Shown: positions 28,507 to 38,293 of the stretch, piece after piece
Layout of the letters: each line of letters starts with the position of its first letter
Position numbering within the stretch: position 1 is the stretch's first letter
DNA from: Rikenellaceae bacterium
GTDB taxonomy: Bacteria > Bacteroidota > Bacteroidia > Bacteroidales > Rikenellaceae
Assembly (NCBI GenBank): GCA_029068395.1
Contig: JAIECQ010000152.1
Coordinates: forward strand, 1 to 49,844
Reading direction: 5' to 3'
DNA length: 49,844 nucleotides
Position numbers and translations under genes: made by a program
The notes under the pieces: generated by a model
The model's input: the letters and a program-made list of their open reading frames with translations, nothing else
Told to the model about the DNA's origin: nothing
Database searches by the model: none

Positions 28507-29331
28507 ATGACAAAAGAAGAGATAATTTCATCTATACCTCTTATCGCCGACACCGGTTCGGGCAATTTTTTCCTCATGGCCGGTCCGTGTGTGGTCGAGA
28601 GCCGCGAGTGCGTGATGGAGGTGGCCTCTGTGGCCGTAGAGCTGACACGACGCCTTAAGATACCCTATATATTCAAGGCCTCTTACCGTAAGGCTAACCG
28701 TTCGTCGCGCACGTCGTTTACGGGCATAGGCGACAGTAAGGCGCTTGAGATATTGGCCGAGGTGAGAGAGCGGTTCGGTGTGCCGGTGGTTACAGACATA
28801 CATTCGGCCTCTGAGGCGGCTATGGCTGCCGGGTATGTCGATGTGCTTCAGATACCGGCTTTCCTGTGTCGTCAGAGCGACCTTCTTGAGGCCGCAGCCG
28901 CCACGGGCAAGGTGGTCAACATAAAGAAGGGGCAGTTTCTTGCGCCCGAGTCTATGTCTATGGCCGCCCAGAAGGTGATAGAGTGCGGTAACGGGCGTGT
29001 CATGCTCACCGACAGGGGCACCACGTTCGGCTATGGTGACCTGGTGGTCGACTTCCGCGGCATACCCACAATGCAGAAGACGGGTCTGCCCGTGGTGATG
29101 GACATAACCCACTCTTTGCAGCAGCCCAATCAGGGCACGGTGACGGGCGGACGCCCCGACATGATAGAGACCATTGCCCGCGCTGCCGTGGCCGTGGGGG
29201 TGGACGGCCTCTTTATGGAGACCCATCCCGACCCTGCGATAGCCAAGTCGGACGGTGCCAATATGCTTAAGCTCAGCATGCTGGAGCCGCTTTTAGAACG
29301 GCTGGTCAAGATAAGGGCGGCGGCTGTGTGA
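28507..29331 (+). CDS. kdsA: 3-deoxy-8-phosphooctulonate (KDO8P) synthase
   Basis: AGPCVVES, KASYRKANRSS, VVTDIH, LQIPAFLCRQSDL, NIKKGQF and DITHSLQ motifs. Confidence 0.95.
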   Translation: MTKEEIISSIPLIADTGSGNFFLMAGPCVVESRECVMEVASVAVELTRRLKIPYIFKASYRKANRSSRTSFTGIGDSKALEILAEVRERFGVPVVTDIHSASEAAMAAGYVDVLQIPAFLCRQSDLLEAAAATGKVVNIKKGQFLAPESMSMAAQKVIECGNGRVMLTDRGTTFGYGDLVVDFRGIPTMQKTGLPVVMDITHSLQQPNQGTVTGGRPDMIETIARAAVAVGVDGLFMETHPDPAIAKSDGANMLKLSMLEPLLERLVKIRAAAV

Positions 29332-29336
29332 TTTGT

Positions 29337-29370
29337 CGGGGAGGCGGCGGTTGTCGGCTCCCCGTTTTTT
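29337..29370 (+). terminator. Terminator of kdsA
   Basis: CGGGGAG / CTCCCCG stem followed by T6. Confidence 0.7.
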
Positions 29371-29374
29371 GTGG

Positions 29375-30055
29375 CTACTCCTGATATCTGATGGCTCTGT
29401 TGAGAAACTCTTTGAGGGGTTTGAGAGCGCGGCATACGGTCACCATCTCGTCGATGCCGGAGGGCGACGTCAAGGTTTGGTCAGACAAGCGTGCTCCGCC
29501 GTAAAAGCTTGTAAGTTTGAGGTATTCGGCTGCGGGGGAGTCTTTGGGGTAGCCGTTGGGAACACGTTTTAGCACCCGGTCTTCGCGGCATAGGTCGCCT
29601 ATGTGGTCGGCAAACAGCTTGTCGGCCATCACCTCGCTTTCAAACAGCTCCCAGTCGAGGTCGAAGGCGTCGCGCAACAGTTTGAGTACAGGGGCCTCGG
29701 GCATGTAACAGCCCGACAAGATGGCGCTTTCGCCCGGCTCTATATGTAGATAGTAACCGGCCAGCGGGTTTTTGAGCATGCCGTTGTCGTTTATCACAAG
29801 TCCGAGGTTGGTCTTGTAAGGCTCTTTGTTGCGGCTGAAACGGGTGTCGCGGTATATGCGGAACATGGAGCGTTTGATGGGGTAGTCGGGCGATATTTCG
29901 GGGTCGAACTCGCGTATCTTCTCGCGCAGCAGCTCTCCGAGAGCCATGACATCATCGCGGGCATCTTCGTAACGCGATTTGTTGTCGTTGAACCACTCGC
30001 GGTTGTTGTTCTGGCGCAAGTCCGATAAAAACAGTAATGTCGATTCTTTTAGCAT
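29375..30055 (-). CDS. DUF2461 (TIGR02453) family protein
   Basis: LSDLRQNNNREWFNDNKSRYE..., RIYRDTRFSRNKEPYKTNLG and GYYLHIEPGES are characteristic of the family. Confidence 0.8.
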   Translation of the reverse strand: MLKESTLLFLSDLRQNNNREWFNDNKSRYEDARDDVMALGELLREKIREFDPEISPDYPIKRSMFRIYRDTRFSRNKEPYKTNLGLVINDNGMLKNPLAGYYLHIEPGESAILSGCYMPEAPVLKLLRDAFDLDWELFESEVMADKLFADHIGDLCREDRVLKRVPNGYPKDSPAAEYLKLTSFYGGARLSDQTLTSPSGIDEMVTVCRALKPLKEFLNRAIRYQE

Positions 30056-30139
30056 GGCTGTAGGTTTTTATGTCACGAAGATAGTAAAAAAAGTGTAGCG
30101 ACATTATGCGCGGGAGGTGGCGGCAGATTAAAATTGTCG

Positions 30140-30147
30140 TACCTTTG
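30140..30147 (+). promoter_or_regulatory. -7 promoter box TACCTTTG for the GH89 gene
   Basis: Exact match 18 nt upstream of the ATG at 30165. Confidence 0.45.
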
Positions 30148-30164
30148 TGTAAAATATGTAAAAA

Positions 30165-32294
30165 ATGACGATGAATGTGCGTGTTTTTATAGTGTCGTTG
30201 TGTGCGGCGGTGATGTTGTGGGGGTGCGGCTCTGAGTCGTTGCCGGCAGAGGATTTGGCGGCACGTGTCACCGAGGGTACCTCAAAGGGGCGAATACTCT
30301 TCAGACTGACTGACGGCGAGAGTCCTGACGAGGATTATTTCAACATAACGTCTCAGAATGGCAAGGTGCTGATAGAGGGTAACTCTGACATATCGCTGGC
30401 CACGGGTCTCAACTGGTATCTCAAATATGTGGCTGGCATACATCTGTGTTGGAACAATATGACGCAAAAGCTGCCCGACACACTGCCTCTGCCGTCGGCG
30501 GCCATAACGCACAAGACCAAGATGCGCCACCGTTACTATCTCAACTATTGTACCCACTCTTACTCTATGGCCTTCTGGGACTGGTCACGGTGGGAGAAAG
30601 AGATTGACTGGATGGCTTTGCATGGCATATCCATGCCGCTGAGTGTCACCGGCATGGAGGCGGTGTGGTACAATCTGCTGAAGCGCGTGGGTTACTCCAC
30701 TGACGAGATAAACGAGTTTATTGCCGGTCCGGGTTTTACCGCCTGGTGGCACATGAACAACCTTGAGGGGTGGGGCGGTCCCAATCCCGACAGTTGGTAT
30801 CGCCGTCAGGAGGCGTTGCAGAAGAGGATAGTGGCCCGCATGCGTGAGTTGGGGATAGAGCCTGTTTTTCCCGGTTATGCCGGCATGGTGCCTCGCAACA
30901 TAGGGGCTAAGTTGGGCTATGAGGTGGCCGATCCGGGTATGTGGTGCGGCTTTCCTCGTCCGGCGTTCCTGTCCCCGAAAGATGCGCATTTTCAGGAGTT
31001 TGCCGATATGTATTACGGCGAGATAGAGCGGCTTTATGGCAAGACCTCGTATTATAGCATGGACCCTTTTCACGAGGGAGGCAACACCAAGGGGGTCGAC
31101 CTGGTCGAGGCGGGGCAGGCTATCATGGCGGCCATGAAGAGAGCCAATCCTGATGCCGTGTGGGTGGTTCAGGCATGGCAGGCCAATCCGCGTGCCGCTA
31201 TGACAGACTCGCTGGCGGCGGGCGATATGATGGTGCTCGACCTTTACAGCGAGAAGCTTCCCCAGTGGGGCGACAAGAGTTCCCCGTGGTATCGTCCTGA
31301 CGGTTTCGGCGGCCATGACTGGCTCTATTGCATGCTGCTCAATTTCGGCGGTAACGTTGGCATGCACGGTCGCATGGAGCGGTTGATCAACGGATATTAC
31401 GATGCCTGCGACCATGCTAACGGCGCCACATTGCGCGGTGTCGGTGCCACGCCCGAGGGCATAGAGAACAATCCCGTGATGTTTGAACTGCTTTATGAGC
31501 TGCCTTGGCGTCAGGAGCGTTTCTCTTCCGACGAGTGGCTGAGGGGCTATCTGAAAGCGCGTTACGGACGAGAGCCCGAAAAGGAGGTGTTGCAGGCATG
31601 GCGGGCCTTGGAGCACACCGTCTATAATGCACCGGCAGATTATCCCGGTGAGGGTACTGTGGAGTCGCTTTTGTGCGCGCGTCCAGGCTTGAGGCTCAGA
31701 AGCACGTCGACGTGGGGGTGCTCCGAGTTGTTTTATTCGCCCGACTCGACCGCCAAGGCCGCGGCTCTGCTAAGGTCGGTGGCTGACGGTTACGAAGGGT
31801 GTGATAACTTCGGGTATGACCTTGTAGACATTGAGCGTCAGTGCATTGCCGATAAGGCCAATGCCTTGCTCTCTGACATATCGCAGAGCTATGACCGCCG
31901 TGACAGAGAGTCTTTCCGCTTGCAGTCAACGCAGTTCCTTGATCTTATATTGCAGCAAGACAGTCTGTTGGCCACAAGAGACGAGTTTTGCGTGTCGTCA
32001 TGGCTGTCGTCGGCACGGGCTGCGGGTGCGACAGACGACGAAAAGAGGCTCTATGGGCGTAATGCCGCCATGCTGATAACGGTGTGGGGCGACAGCGTGG
32101 CGGCCAACAGAGGAGGCCTGCACGACTATTCGCATCGCGAGTGGAGCGGCATTTTACGAGAACTTTACTACAGGCGTTGGAAGGCTTTCTTTGAGCAGAA
32201 ACAGAGGCAGTTGGATGGCGCAGATGCGGGTCTGCCTATAGATTTCTATGGCATGGAGCGCAATTGGGTCGACAGCATGGCGATGGCTTATTAG
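30165..32294 (+). CDS. Alpha-N-acetylglucosaminidase (GH89, NAGLU-like)
   Basis: 709 aa with a signal peptide. YYLNYCTHSYSMAFWDWSRWEKEIDWMALHGISMPL, FTAWWHMNNLEGWGGP and MDPFHEGG blocks typical of NAGLU. Confidence 0.9.
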   Translation: MTMNVRVFIVSLCAAVMLWGCGSESLPAEDLAARVTEGTSKGRILFRLTDGESPDEDYFNITSQNGKVLIEGNSDISLATGLNWYLKYVAGIHLCWNNMTQKLPDTLPLPSAAITHKTKMRHRYYLNYCTHSYSMAFWDWSRWEKEIDWMALHGISMPLSVTGMEAVWYNLLKRVGYSTDEINEFIAGPGFTAWWHMNNLEGWGGPNPDSWYRRQEALQKRIVARMRELGIEPVFPGYAGMVPRNIGAKLGYEVADPGMWCGFPRPAFLSPKDAHFQEFADMYYGEIERLYGKTSYYSMDPFHEGGNTKGVDLVEAGQAIMAAMKRANPDAVWVVQAWQANPRAAMTDSLAAGDMMVLDLYSEKLPQWGDKSSPWYRPDGFGGHDWLYCMLLNFGGNVGMHGRMERLINGYYDACDHANGATLRGVGATPEGIENNPVMFELLYELPWRQERFSSDEWLRGYLKARYGREPEKEVLQAWRALEHTVYNAPADYPGEGTVESLLCARPGLRLRSTSTWGCSELFYSPDSTAKAAALLRSVADGYEGCDNFGYDLVDIERQCIADKANALLSDISQSYDRRDRESFRLQSTQFLDLILQQDSLLATRDEFCVSSWLSSARAAGATDDEKRLYGRNAAMLITVWGDSVAANRGGLHDYSHREWSGILRELYYRRWKAFFEQKQRQLDGADAGLPIDFYGMERNWVDSMAMAY

Positions 32295-32346
32295 TATCGT
32301 CACTGCCGGCGGATATGAGGTGCTGTGCATCTGCTGTTGTAACAGT

Positions 32347-32375
32347 CTGCCCGAGTTTTACGATAACTCGGGCAG
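32347..32375. terminator. Hairpin between the convergent GH89 and tpx genes (no U tract on either side)
   Basis: CTGCCCGAGTT (32347-32357) / AACTCGGGCAG (32365-32375): 11 bp perfect, 7-nt loop. Confidence 0.4.
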
Positions 32376-32407
32376 GGTCAGGAAAAATATGAAGCTATCC
32401 TGTGTGT

Positions 32408-32917
32408 TTACAGTGATTTCAGTGCGGCGATGGCTTTGTCGTAATCAGGTTCTTTGGTTATGTCGTCGAGGTATTCGACATAGGCCACCTTGCCGTTTTT
32501 GTCGACCACTATGACGCCTCGTCCGAGCAGGCCCATCTCTTTGATGAGAAAGCCGTATTTGGGGCCGAAGTCGCCGCGGAAGTCAGAAAGGGTGTAGTTG
32601 CGGTCGATGCCTTCAGCCGCGCAGAAGCGTCCGAGGGCGAACGGCAGGTCTTTAGATATGGATATTACAACGGTGTCGTCGTCTAACGATGCCGCCTTCT
32701 TGTTGAATGTGCGCGTTTGCGATGCACACACCGGCGTGTCTATAGATGGGAAGATGGATATAACCCTCTTTTTGCCGTTGAAGTCAGAGAGGCGCACCTG
32801 TTTGAAGTTGTTGTCGTATGCCTCGAAGTCGGGGGCTTGCATGCCCACCTCGATAATTTCGCCCTGAAGGGTGAGCGGCTGGCCACCCTTGGCTGTTATG
32901 TTCTTGTGCTCTTTCAT
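32408..32917 (-). CDS. tpx: Thiol peroxidase
   Basis: ...ISIFPSIDTPVCASQTRTFN... peroxidatic-Cys context; about 169 aa from the ATG at 32917. Confidence 0.92.
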   Translation of the reverse strand: MKEHKNITAKGGQPLTLQGEIIEVGMQAPDFEAYDNNFKQVRLSDFNGKKRVISIFPSIDTPVCASQTRTFNKKAASLDDDTVVISISKDLPFALGRFCAAEGIDRNYTLSDFRGDFGPKYGFLIKEMGLLGRGVIVVDKNGKVAYVEYLDDITKEPDYDKAIAALKSL

Positions 32918-33008
32918 GTCATATGGTTTTTGCCTCTTGTGCTGCAAAAAGTATGCCTGAAGAATATTGTGCGGCAGAATTCCTCAGGTTGATGAAAGAG
33001 CGTGTTTG

Positions 33009-33995
33009 TCAGGCTATAATTAGCGCGAGAATAACAAAGGCTATGGCTATGGCGTTCTTGACGTAGATGTTGGGCATCTGCCGGAATAATACCGATATGA
33101 TGACCGACAGAGGCACTGTCATGAGGGGCAGCAGAGTGTATGAAGTGCCGTATGCCAGCACGAGCATGACAGTCAATACCACAAGCAGATACATGAAGCA
33201 GACGTAAGAACGTACCGTTATGGCGTTGATGTGGTTGGCCGCCATAGCCATGCGCCAAAAGCCTTGCACTGCGAGGAATATGCACAGCGCAATGAATATG
33301 TATTGCGGAATGGTGACAGTGAATATGCTGAACGATTTGTGCAGCAATATGCTGTCGGTGATGTCATATATCTCGTTTACAGGGGCGAGGAATTTGCCGC
33401 CGGCGGCCCATGTGATGTAGCAATAGAGGAACAACGGCAGCAGCAGCCCCGTGACCGAAGCCAGCAACCCCTTGAACGTCACTATTCTGTATGTTATCAT
33501 GTAGACAAACAGAGCGAGGTATAAGAGCGCTGACGGAAGGAACAATATAGAGGCGATGCCCGTGTATGTGCAGGCGAGAAATGTCTGACGCACAATGTCG
33601 TTATATCTGTTGAGCATGAAGATTGTCTCTATGGAGACGATAATCAGGAATATGATGGCCTGCGTGTGGAAATTGCTTGTGAGCGACGATGTTGCTGCCG
33701 TCAGTGTGAGGTATGTGATTGCGGCGATATAGTTTTTGTCGCTAAGAGATATGAACCGCAACATTATGCGGGTGACCAGAAACGAGTTTATGACTGTCAG
33801 TGTCAATGACAAAGCTATGGCAAGCATGGGTATGGCGCCTATGCTCATGAAGATAGAGCCGGCTAAATGGGTGTATCCTCTCCACGATGTCGGCTCGTGA
33901 TAACTGATCGTGTCGCTTGTCAGAAAAAGTATGAACAGTAAAAAGAAGGTTACTGTTGTTTGTACGAGCGTATGTTTGGTGAGGTCTAATCGCAT
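33009..33995 (-). CDS. Polytopic inner-membrane protein, function unknown
   Basis: 328 aa with about 9-10 hydrophobic segments and no recognised motif. Confidence 0.55.
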   Translation of the reverse strand: MRLDLTKHTLVQTTVTFFLLFILFLTSDTISYHEPTSWRGYTHLAGSIFMSIGAIPMLAIALSLTLTVINSFLVTRIMLRFISLSDKNYIAAITYLTLTAATSSLTSNFHTQAIIFLIIVSIETIFMLNRYNDIVRQTFLACTYTGIASILFLPSALLYLALFVYMITYRIVTFKGLLASVTGLLLPLFLYCYITWAAGGKFLAPVNEIYDITDSILLHKSFSIFTVTIPQYIFIALCIFLAVQGFWRMAMAANHINAITVRSYVCFMYLLVVLTVMLVLAYGTSYTLLPLMTVPLSVIISVLFRQMPNIYVKNAIAIAFVILALIIA

Positions 33996-34136
33996 CGGTG
34001 ATACGGTGATAGTTGTTTACACCTTCATGTCCTGCATCCTCCCTTTGTTTGCCAAGGCATTAGTAAGGCAGGGATGCCGTTGTGGCAGTTGTATGTGAGA
34101 CATTACTGCCGGAGAGTCTGCACTTTGCTATAGAGG

Positions 34137-35564
34137 CTATTCTTCGGCGGTCTTCTTTTTGCGGGAGCGTGACGATGTCGTTTTTCGGGGAGCGCTCTCT
34201 TTGTCGGCATCATCGCTCTTGGAAGCCTTTTTGGGGGCTGCGGGCTTTTTAGGCTCTGCCTCGCCGGTGAGCTTCATTAGGTCTTTGCCTATGTCTTTGC
34301 GGTAGTTCATGCCCTCGAAAGAGAATTTCTTTATTGTGCCGTATGACTTGGTGGCTGCCTGTTTGATGCTGTCGCCCAGAGAGGTTACCGATATCACGCG
34401 TCCGCCCGATGTTACCACGCGTCCGCCATCTGAGGCGGTGCCTGCATGGAAGAGCATGCTTTTGCCGCCCACATTGTCAAGCCCCTCTATTACCTTGCCT
34501 TTCTCATAGTCGCCGGGGTAACCTTTAGAGGTGGTCATTACCGTTACGGCGGTCTTGGGAGAGGTTGACAGCTCTTTTTCGCTTAACGTCTCGTAGACAA
34601 TGCCTTCAAACAACTCTATGATGTCACTTTCTATGCGTGGTATGACAACCTCTGTTTCGGGGTCGCCCATGCGCACGTTGTATTCGATGACGTAAGGATC
34701 GCCATTTACATTCATCAAACCTATGAAAATGAAGCCGTTGTATGTTATCTTCTCTTTTTTGAGACCCTCGATGGTGGGTTTTATTATGCGCTCTTCCACC
34801 TTTGACATGAAAGCCTCGTCGGCAAAGGGAACGGGCGATACGGCACCCATGCCGCCGGTGTTGAGGCCCTTGTCGCCGTCACCCACGCGCTTGTAGTCTT
34901 TGGCCTCGGGCAAAATCTTATAGTCGATGCCGTCGGTGGCCACGAACACGGAAAGCTCTATGCCTGAGAGGTATTCCTCAATGACCACCTTGCTGCCCGC
35001 AGCTCCGAACCTGCCCTCTATCATAGAGTTAAGCTCTGTTACCGCCTGGTCGAAATCGTCTATTATAAGCACGCCTTTGCCGGCAGCCAGTCCGTTGGCT
35101 TTGAGCACGTAGGGCGGTGTGAGGGTTTTGAGAAAGTCGGGAGCCTCGGTTAGGTTGTCTTTAGAGAAAGACTTGTATTTGGCTGTGGGAATGCCGTGGC
35201 GTGTCATGAACTCTTTGGCGAACTGCTTGCTGCCTTCGAGCTTGGCACCATCGGCCGACGGACCCACAACAGGAGTGTAGCGTATCTCGTTGTCGCCGGC
35301 GAAAAAGTCGTGTATGCCTGCCACCAAAGGCTCCTCAGGGCCGACAACGACAAGGTTGATGTTTGAAGACAAAACGAATTGTTTGAGACTTGCAAAGTTG
35401 GTGGGCGCGATGTCGACATTCATGCCGCATTGGGCGGTGCCTGCATTGCCCGGAGCCGTGTAAAGTTTAGAGACTCTGTCGCTTTGAGCTATCTTCCACG
35501 CCAAGGCGTGTTCGCGGCCTCCTGAACCTAAAAGCAATACATTGACTTTTTGCGGTAGTTTCAT
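34137..35564 (-). CDS. purD: Phosphoribosylamine--glycine ligase with a Lys-rich C-terminal extension
   Basis: VLLLGSGGREHALAWK, ATP-grasp motifs, and a PurD C-domain ending near ...NYRKDIGKD. It is followed by about 45 aa of EPKKPAAPKKASKSDD...SRSRKKKTAEE. ATG at 35564. Confidence 0.93.
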   Translation of the reverse strand: MKLPQKVNVLLLGSGGREHALAWKIAQSDRVSKLYTAPGNAGTAQCGMNVDIAPTNFASLKQFVLSSNINLVVVGPEEPLVAGIHDFFAGDNEIRYTPVVGPSADGAKLEGSKQFAKEFMTRHGIPTAKYKSFSKDNLTEAPDFLKTLTPPYVLKANGLAAGKGVLIIDDFDQAVTELNSMIEGRFGAAGSKVVIEEYLSGIELSVFVATDGIDYKILPEAKDYKRVGDGDKGLNTGGMGAVSPVPFADEAFMSKVEERIIKPTIEGLKKEKITYNGFIFIGLMNVNGDPYVIEYNVRMGDPETEVVIPRIESDIIELFEGIVYETLSEKELSTSPKTAVTVMTTSKGYPGDYEKGKVIEGLDNVGGKSMLFHAGTASDGGRVVTSGGRVISVTSLGDSIKQAATKSYGTIKKFSFEGMNYRKDIGKDLMKLTGEAEPKKPAAPKKASKSDDADKESAPRKTTSSRSRKKKTAEE

Positions 35565-35643
35565 CGTAAAATTATCTTCAAACAAATGTGTAACTAATTA
35601 ACTATCAGTGGCACGATTGGGTTGATGGCCACATCACCATCTA

Positions 35644-35651
35644 CAAATATA
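35644..35651 (-). promoter_or_regulatory. -7 promoter box TATATTTG for purD
   Basis: The reverse complement of caaatata matches, about 80 nt upstream of the purD ATG. Confidence 0.4.
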
Positions 35652-35887
35652 CAAATTTTCGACGAGTCTCAAAACAGAATGCCATATTTTTATGTCTGTG
35701 CGGCTATTTTGGCTGCGTGACACGTGTTGGCGCTTGTCCGGTATTGTCGTGGCCAAAGTCGGTGAGTCGGGGGGTGCTCTCGCTCGGTAAAATGCAAACC
35801 CGTACTTTGACCTGTCGGTCTAAGATACTCCCGCTTCGGAAAACAAACGAGTTTGTTTTTCTCTCAGCTTATCCGTATCTTTGCATT

Positions 35888-37852
35888 GTGCGAAAGGTGT
35901 TGCCACATATAGTGTTATTGGTGTCGTTGTTTTTGGCGGCAGGGCGCTCTTATGCGCAGTTTGACCGCAATTACTTCTATTATGTGGCCGAGCAGAACAT
36001 CATGAAAGGCCATTACCGTCAAGCCATAAACGTTTTGGGAGTGTTGTTGCGTGGCGACACCACCGCCTATGACGGCATGTTTCTGCGTGGGGTAGCCAAG
36101 TTTAACCTTAACGATTTCGCCGGCGCCGAGCAAGATTTCACACGGGCCATAAGCCTCAATTCGGTGTTTACGCGTGCCTATCTTTATCGTGCCATAACAC
36201 GCACGCGCACCGGTAATTACGACGATGCACTTAAAGATTTCGCACAGGCGATAGAGATACGTCCCGACAACGAGAACACCTATTTCAGCCGTGGCGTGGC
36301 CTTGTTTCTCAACCAGCAGTTTGCAGAGGCGATAAAAGATTTCGATTATTTCATACGCAAGCGTCCGTATATTGTCGACGCCTATATAAACAGGGGCACG
36401 TGCCACCTTATGCTCAAAGACACCATGGCGGCATGGCGCGATTATGACAAGGCGGTGGAGGTCAACAAGTATAATCCGGACGGTTATATCCGCAGGGGCG
36501 GAATATTGATGATGCGCGGGCAGAAAAAAGAGGCATATGCCGACTTCACGCAGGCCATAGCGCTCGACAGCCTCAACATACAGGCCTATTTCAGCCGTGC
36601 CATAGTGAGCGCGGGCGACAACGACCCTTTGGGAGCCATAGCCGACTTCAGCAGGGTGCTTGATATTGACAGCCTTAACTCGTTGACCTACTTCAACAGA
36701 GCCATCGTTTATTCGCAGATAGGCGACTATCAGCGGGCGTTGGCCGATTATGACCGTGTGGCCGAATACAGTCCGCACAACGTGCTGGTCTTTTTCAACC
36801 GTGCGGCTCTCAACGACAGGTTGGGGCGTTTGCCAGAGGCCGAGAGCGATTATACGCGAGCCATAGAGCTGTTCCCCGACTTTGCCAACGCCTACATAGG
36901 ACGCTCTGCCGTGCGGCGACGCATGAACGACATGGCCGGTTCGCGCGCCGACCACAGCATGGCCGGGCGTAAGATATCGGCATACAGGACCAAGAGCGGT
37001 TCGCTGGCCGGACTCTCTGACACCAGCAAGGTGTTTACACGTCTGTTGTCGTTTGATGCCGACTTCGGAAACCGCGACTTCGACAACATCAAGATACGCG
37101 ATGTGGATGTGGTGCTGCTGCCGTTGTTCCGTGTGGTGATAGATGGCAGAGAGCCCTCATTGCGTCAGAAGCTCTATGACGCCTCTGTGTCGACATTTAA
37201 AGACAACATGCCTGCCGGGTCTGCCGTCAACAACATGGCCGTGACCACAGACAAAGAGCAGATAAAGAGGCTTGCGGCAAAGGCCGCCGGGGATATGGAG
37301 GCCGACAGGACGGCGCGCACGGTGTATGCCGCCGGCGTGACGCAATATATGATGCTTCAATACTCCAACGCCGTGCGGTTGTTTAAAGAGTCGATAGCCC
37401 TTGATGCGACCAATCCGTTATATTACATGTCGTGTGCCGTTGCGGTAACGGAGATGACCGACTTTGTATCGTCGCTCGACAGACGTCAGACCCTGCTGAT
37501 AGATGTCAATCCCTCGGAACGCCTCAACACCGCCACCGAGAACATTTACGACTACGATGAGCCGTTATCGTTGATAAACAGGGCTATAGAGATAGATCCC
37601 GACAACGCCTACCTTTATTACAACCGTGCCGGCATATTATGCAAGAGCGATGATATGACCGCTGCCATAGACGATTACACCAAGGCCATAGAGCTTTATC
37701 CCGACTTTGCCGAGGCATACTACAACCGCGGCATGATATTGCTGTGGCTTAAAGATTCGCGCAAGGGATTTCTCGACATGAGCCGTGCCGGTGAGCTTGG
37801 CATAGAGGAGGCTTATAAGTTGATGTCACGCATGGCAGGGACGATGAAATAG
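35888..37852 (+). CDS. Secreted tetratricopeptide-repeat (TPR) protein
   Basis: Multiple TPR units (...AY.NRG......A..DF..AI...P....AY..R...). The signal peptide RKVLPHIVLLVSLFLAAGRSYAQ requires a start near the GTG at 35888. A TATCTTTG box at 35876-35883 would make this nearly leaderless, so the start is uncertain (alternatives GTG 35897 and TTG 35900). Confidence 0.7.
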   Translation: MRKVLPHIVLLVSLFLAAGRSYAQFDRNYFYYVAEQNIMKGHYRQAINVLGVLLRGDTTAYDGMFLRGVAKFNLNDFAGAEQDFTRAISLNSVFTRAYLYRAITRTRTGNYDDALKDFAQAIEIRPDNENTYFSRGVALFLNQQFAEAIKDFDYFIRKRPYIVDAYINRGTCHLMLKDTMAAWRDYDKAVEVNKYNPDGYIRRGGILMMRGQKKEAYADFTQAIALDSLNIQAYFSRAIVSAGDNDPLGAIADFSRVLDIDSLNSLTYFNRAIVYSQIGDYQRALADYDRVAEYSPHNVLVFFNRAALNDRLGRLPEAESDYTRAIELFPDFANAYIGRSAVRRRMNDMAGSRADHSMAGRKISAYRTKSGSLAGLSDTSKVFTRLLSFDADFGNRDFDNIKIRDVDVVLLPLFRVVIDGREPSLRQKLYDASVSTFKDNMPAGSAVNNMAVTTDKEQIKRLAAKAAGDMEADRTARTVYAAGVTQYMMLQYSNAVRLFKESIALDATNPLYYMSCAVAVTEMTDFVSSLDRRQTLLIDVNPSERLNTATENIYDYDEPLSLINRAIEIDPDNAYLYYNRAGILCKSDDMTAAIDDYTKAIELYPDFAEAYYNRGMILLWLKDSRKGFLDMSRAGELGIEEAYKLMSRMAGTMK

Positions 37853-37890
37853 TCCGTAGGGTGGCATCCCCAATGTCATGACGGGTGGTT

Positions 37891-37943
37891 ATGGCACTGC
37901 GCCCCGCTTCAACGGTTTACGTCGTGGCGGGGCGCAGTGCCAT
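37891..37943. other. Perfect 17-bp GC-rich hairpin in the TPR / HMA convergent intergenic region
   Basis: ATGGCACTGCGCCCCGC (37891-37907) / GCGGGGCGCAGTGCCAT (37927-37943) with a 19-nt loop and no flanking U tract on either strand. Confidence 0.6.
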
Positions 37944-38042
37944 TGCGGGCGGCAGTGTCCTTGCGCCCGTGTCTTGTTGTGCTGTGTGTCGTCTGCCTCG
38001 GGCGGTGTCATGCCGGTATCCCGTGCTGACGGCAGGGTGTGT

Positions 38043-38252
38043 TTAGAGACGTTCGGCCTTGAATCCTGCCGATTTGACCAGCGTCACAATATCGTCGTCA
38101 GAGAGGCTGTCGTCCTCAACTGTGAGCAGCTTGTCGGGCGATGTCAGGTCGATGCTCCAGCTTCCGTCGGCAAGACGTCCCTCTAAGGCGGCGTCTATGC
38201 GGCTCACGCATCCGTTACATTTGGCCGATGTCTTAAACGTTCTCTTTTCCAT
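38043..38252 (-). CDS. Heavy-metal-associated (HMA) domain protein, CopZ-like
   Basis: 69 aa. The metal-binding CxxC sits in ...SAKCNGCVSRI... with a ferredoxin-like HMA layout. It is the last gene of the metal operon. Confidence 0.75.
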   Translation of the reverse strand: MEKRTFKTSAKCNGCVSRIDAALEGRLADGSWSIDLTSPDKLLTVEDDSLSDDDIVTLVKSAGFKAERL

Positions 38253-38293
38253 GTTGTCGTGTTTTTAGTTCGTGATGGTTATAGTTATGTGTG

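Noticed and set aside
30585-31616. A 343-aa antisense ORF inside the GH89 gene, and similar long shadow ORFs: 347-1000, 7185-7847, 8364-8948, 11501-12319, 27797-28465, 28528-29226, 35915-36955, 40667-41520, 42526-43407, 43751-44356, 45252-46383.
   Set aside because: They are typical stop-poor antisense frames of GC-rich genes. Their translations are rich in R/H/G/A/V with no motifs. Every one is fully overlapped by a gene carrying strong family signatures on the other strand or frame.
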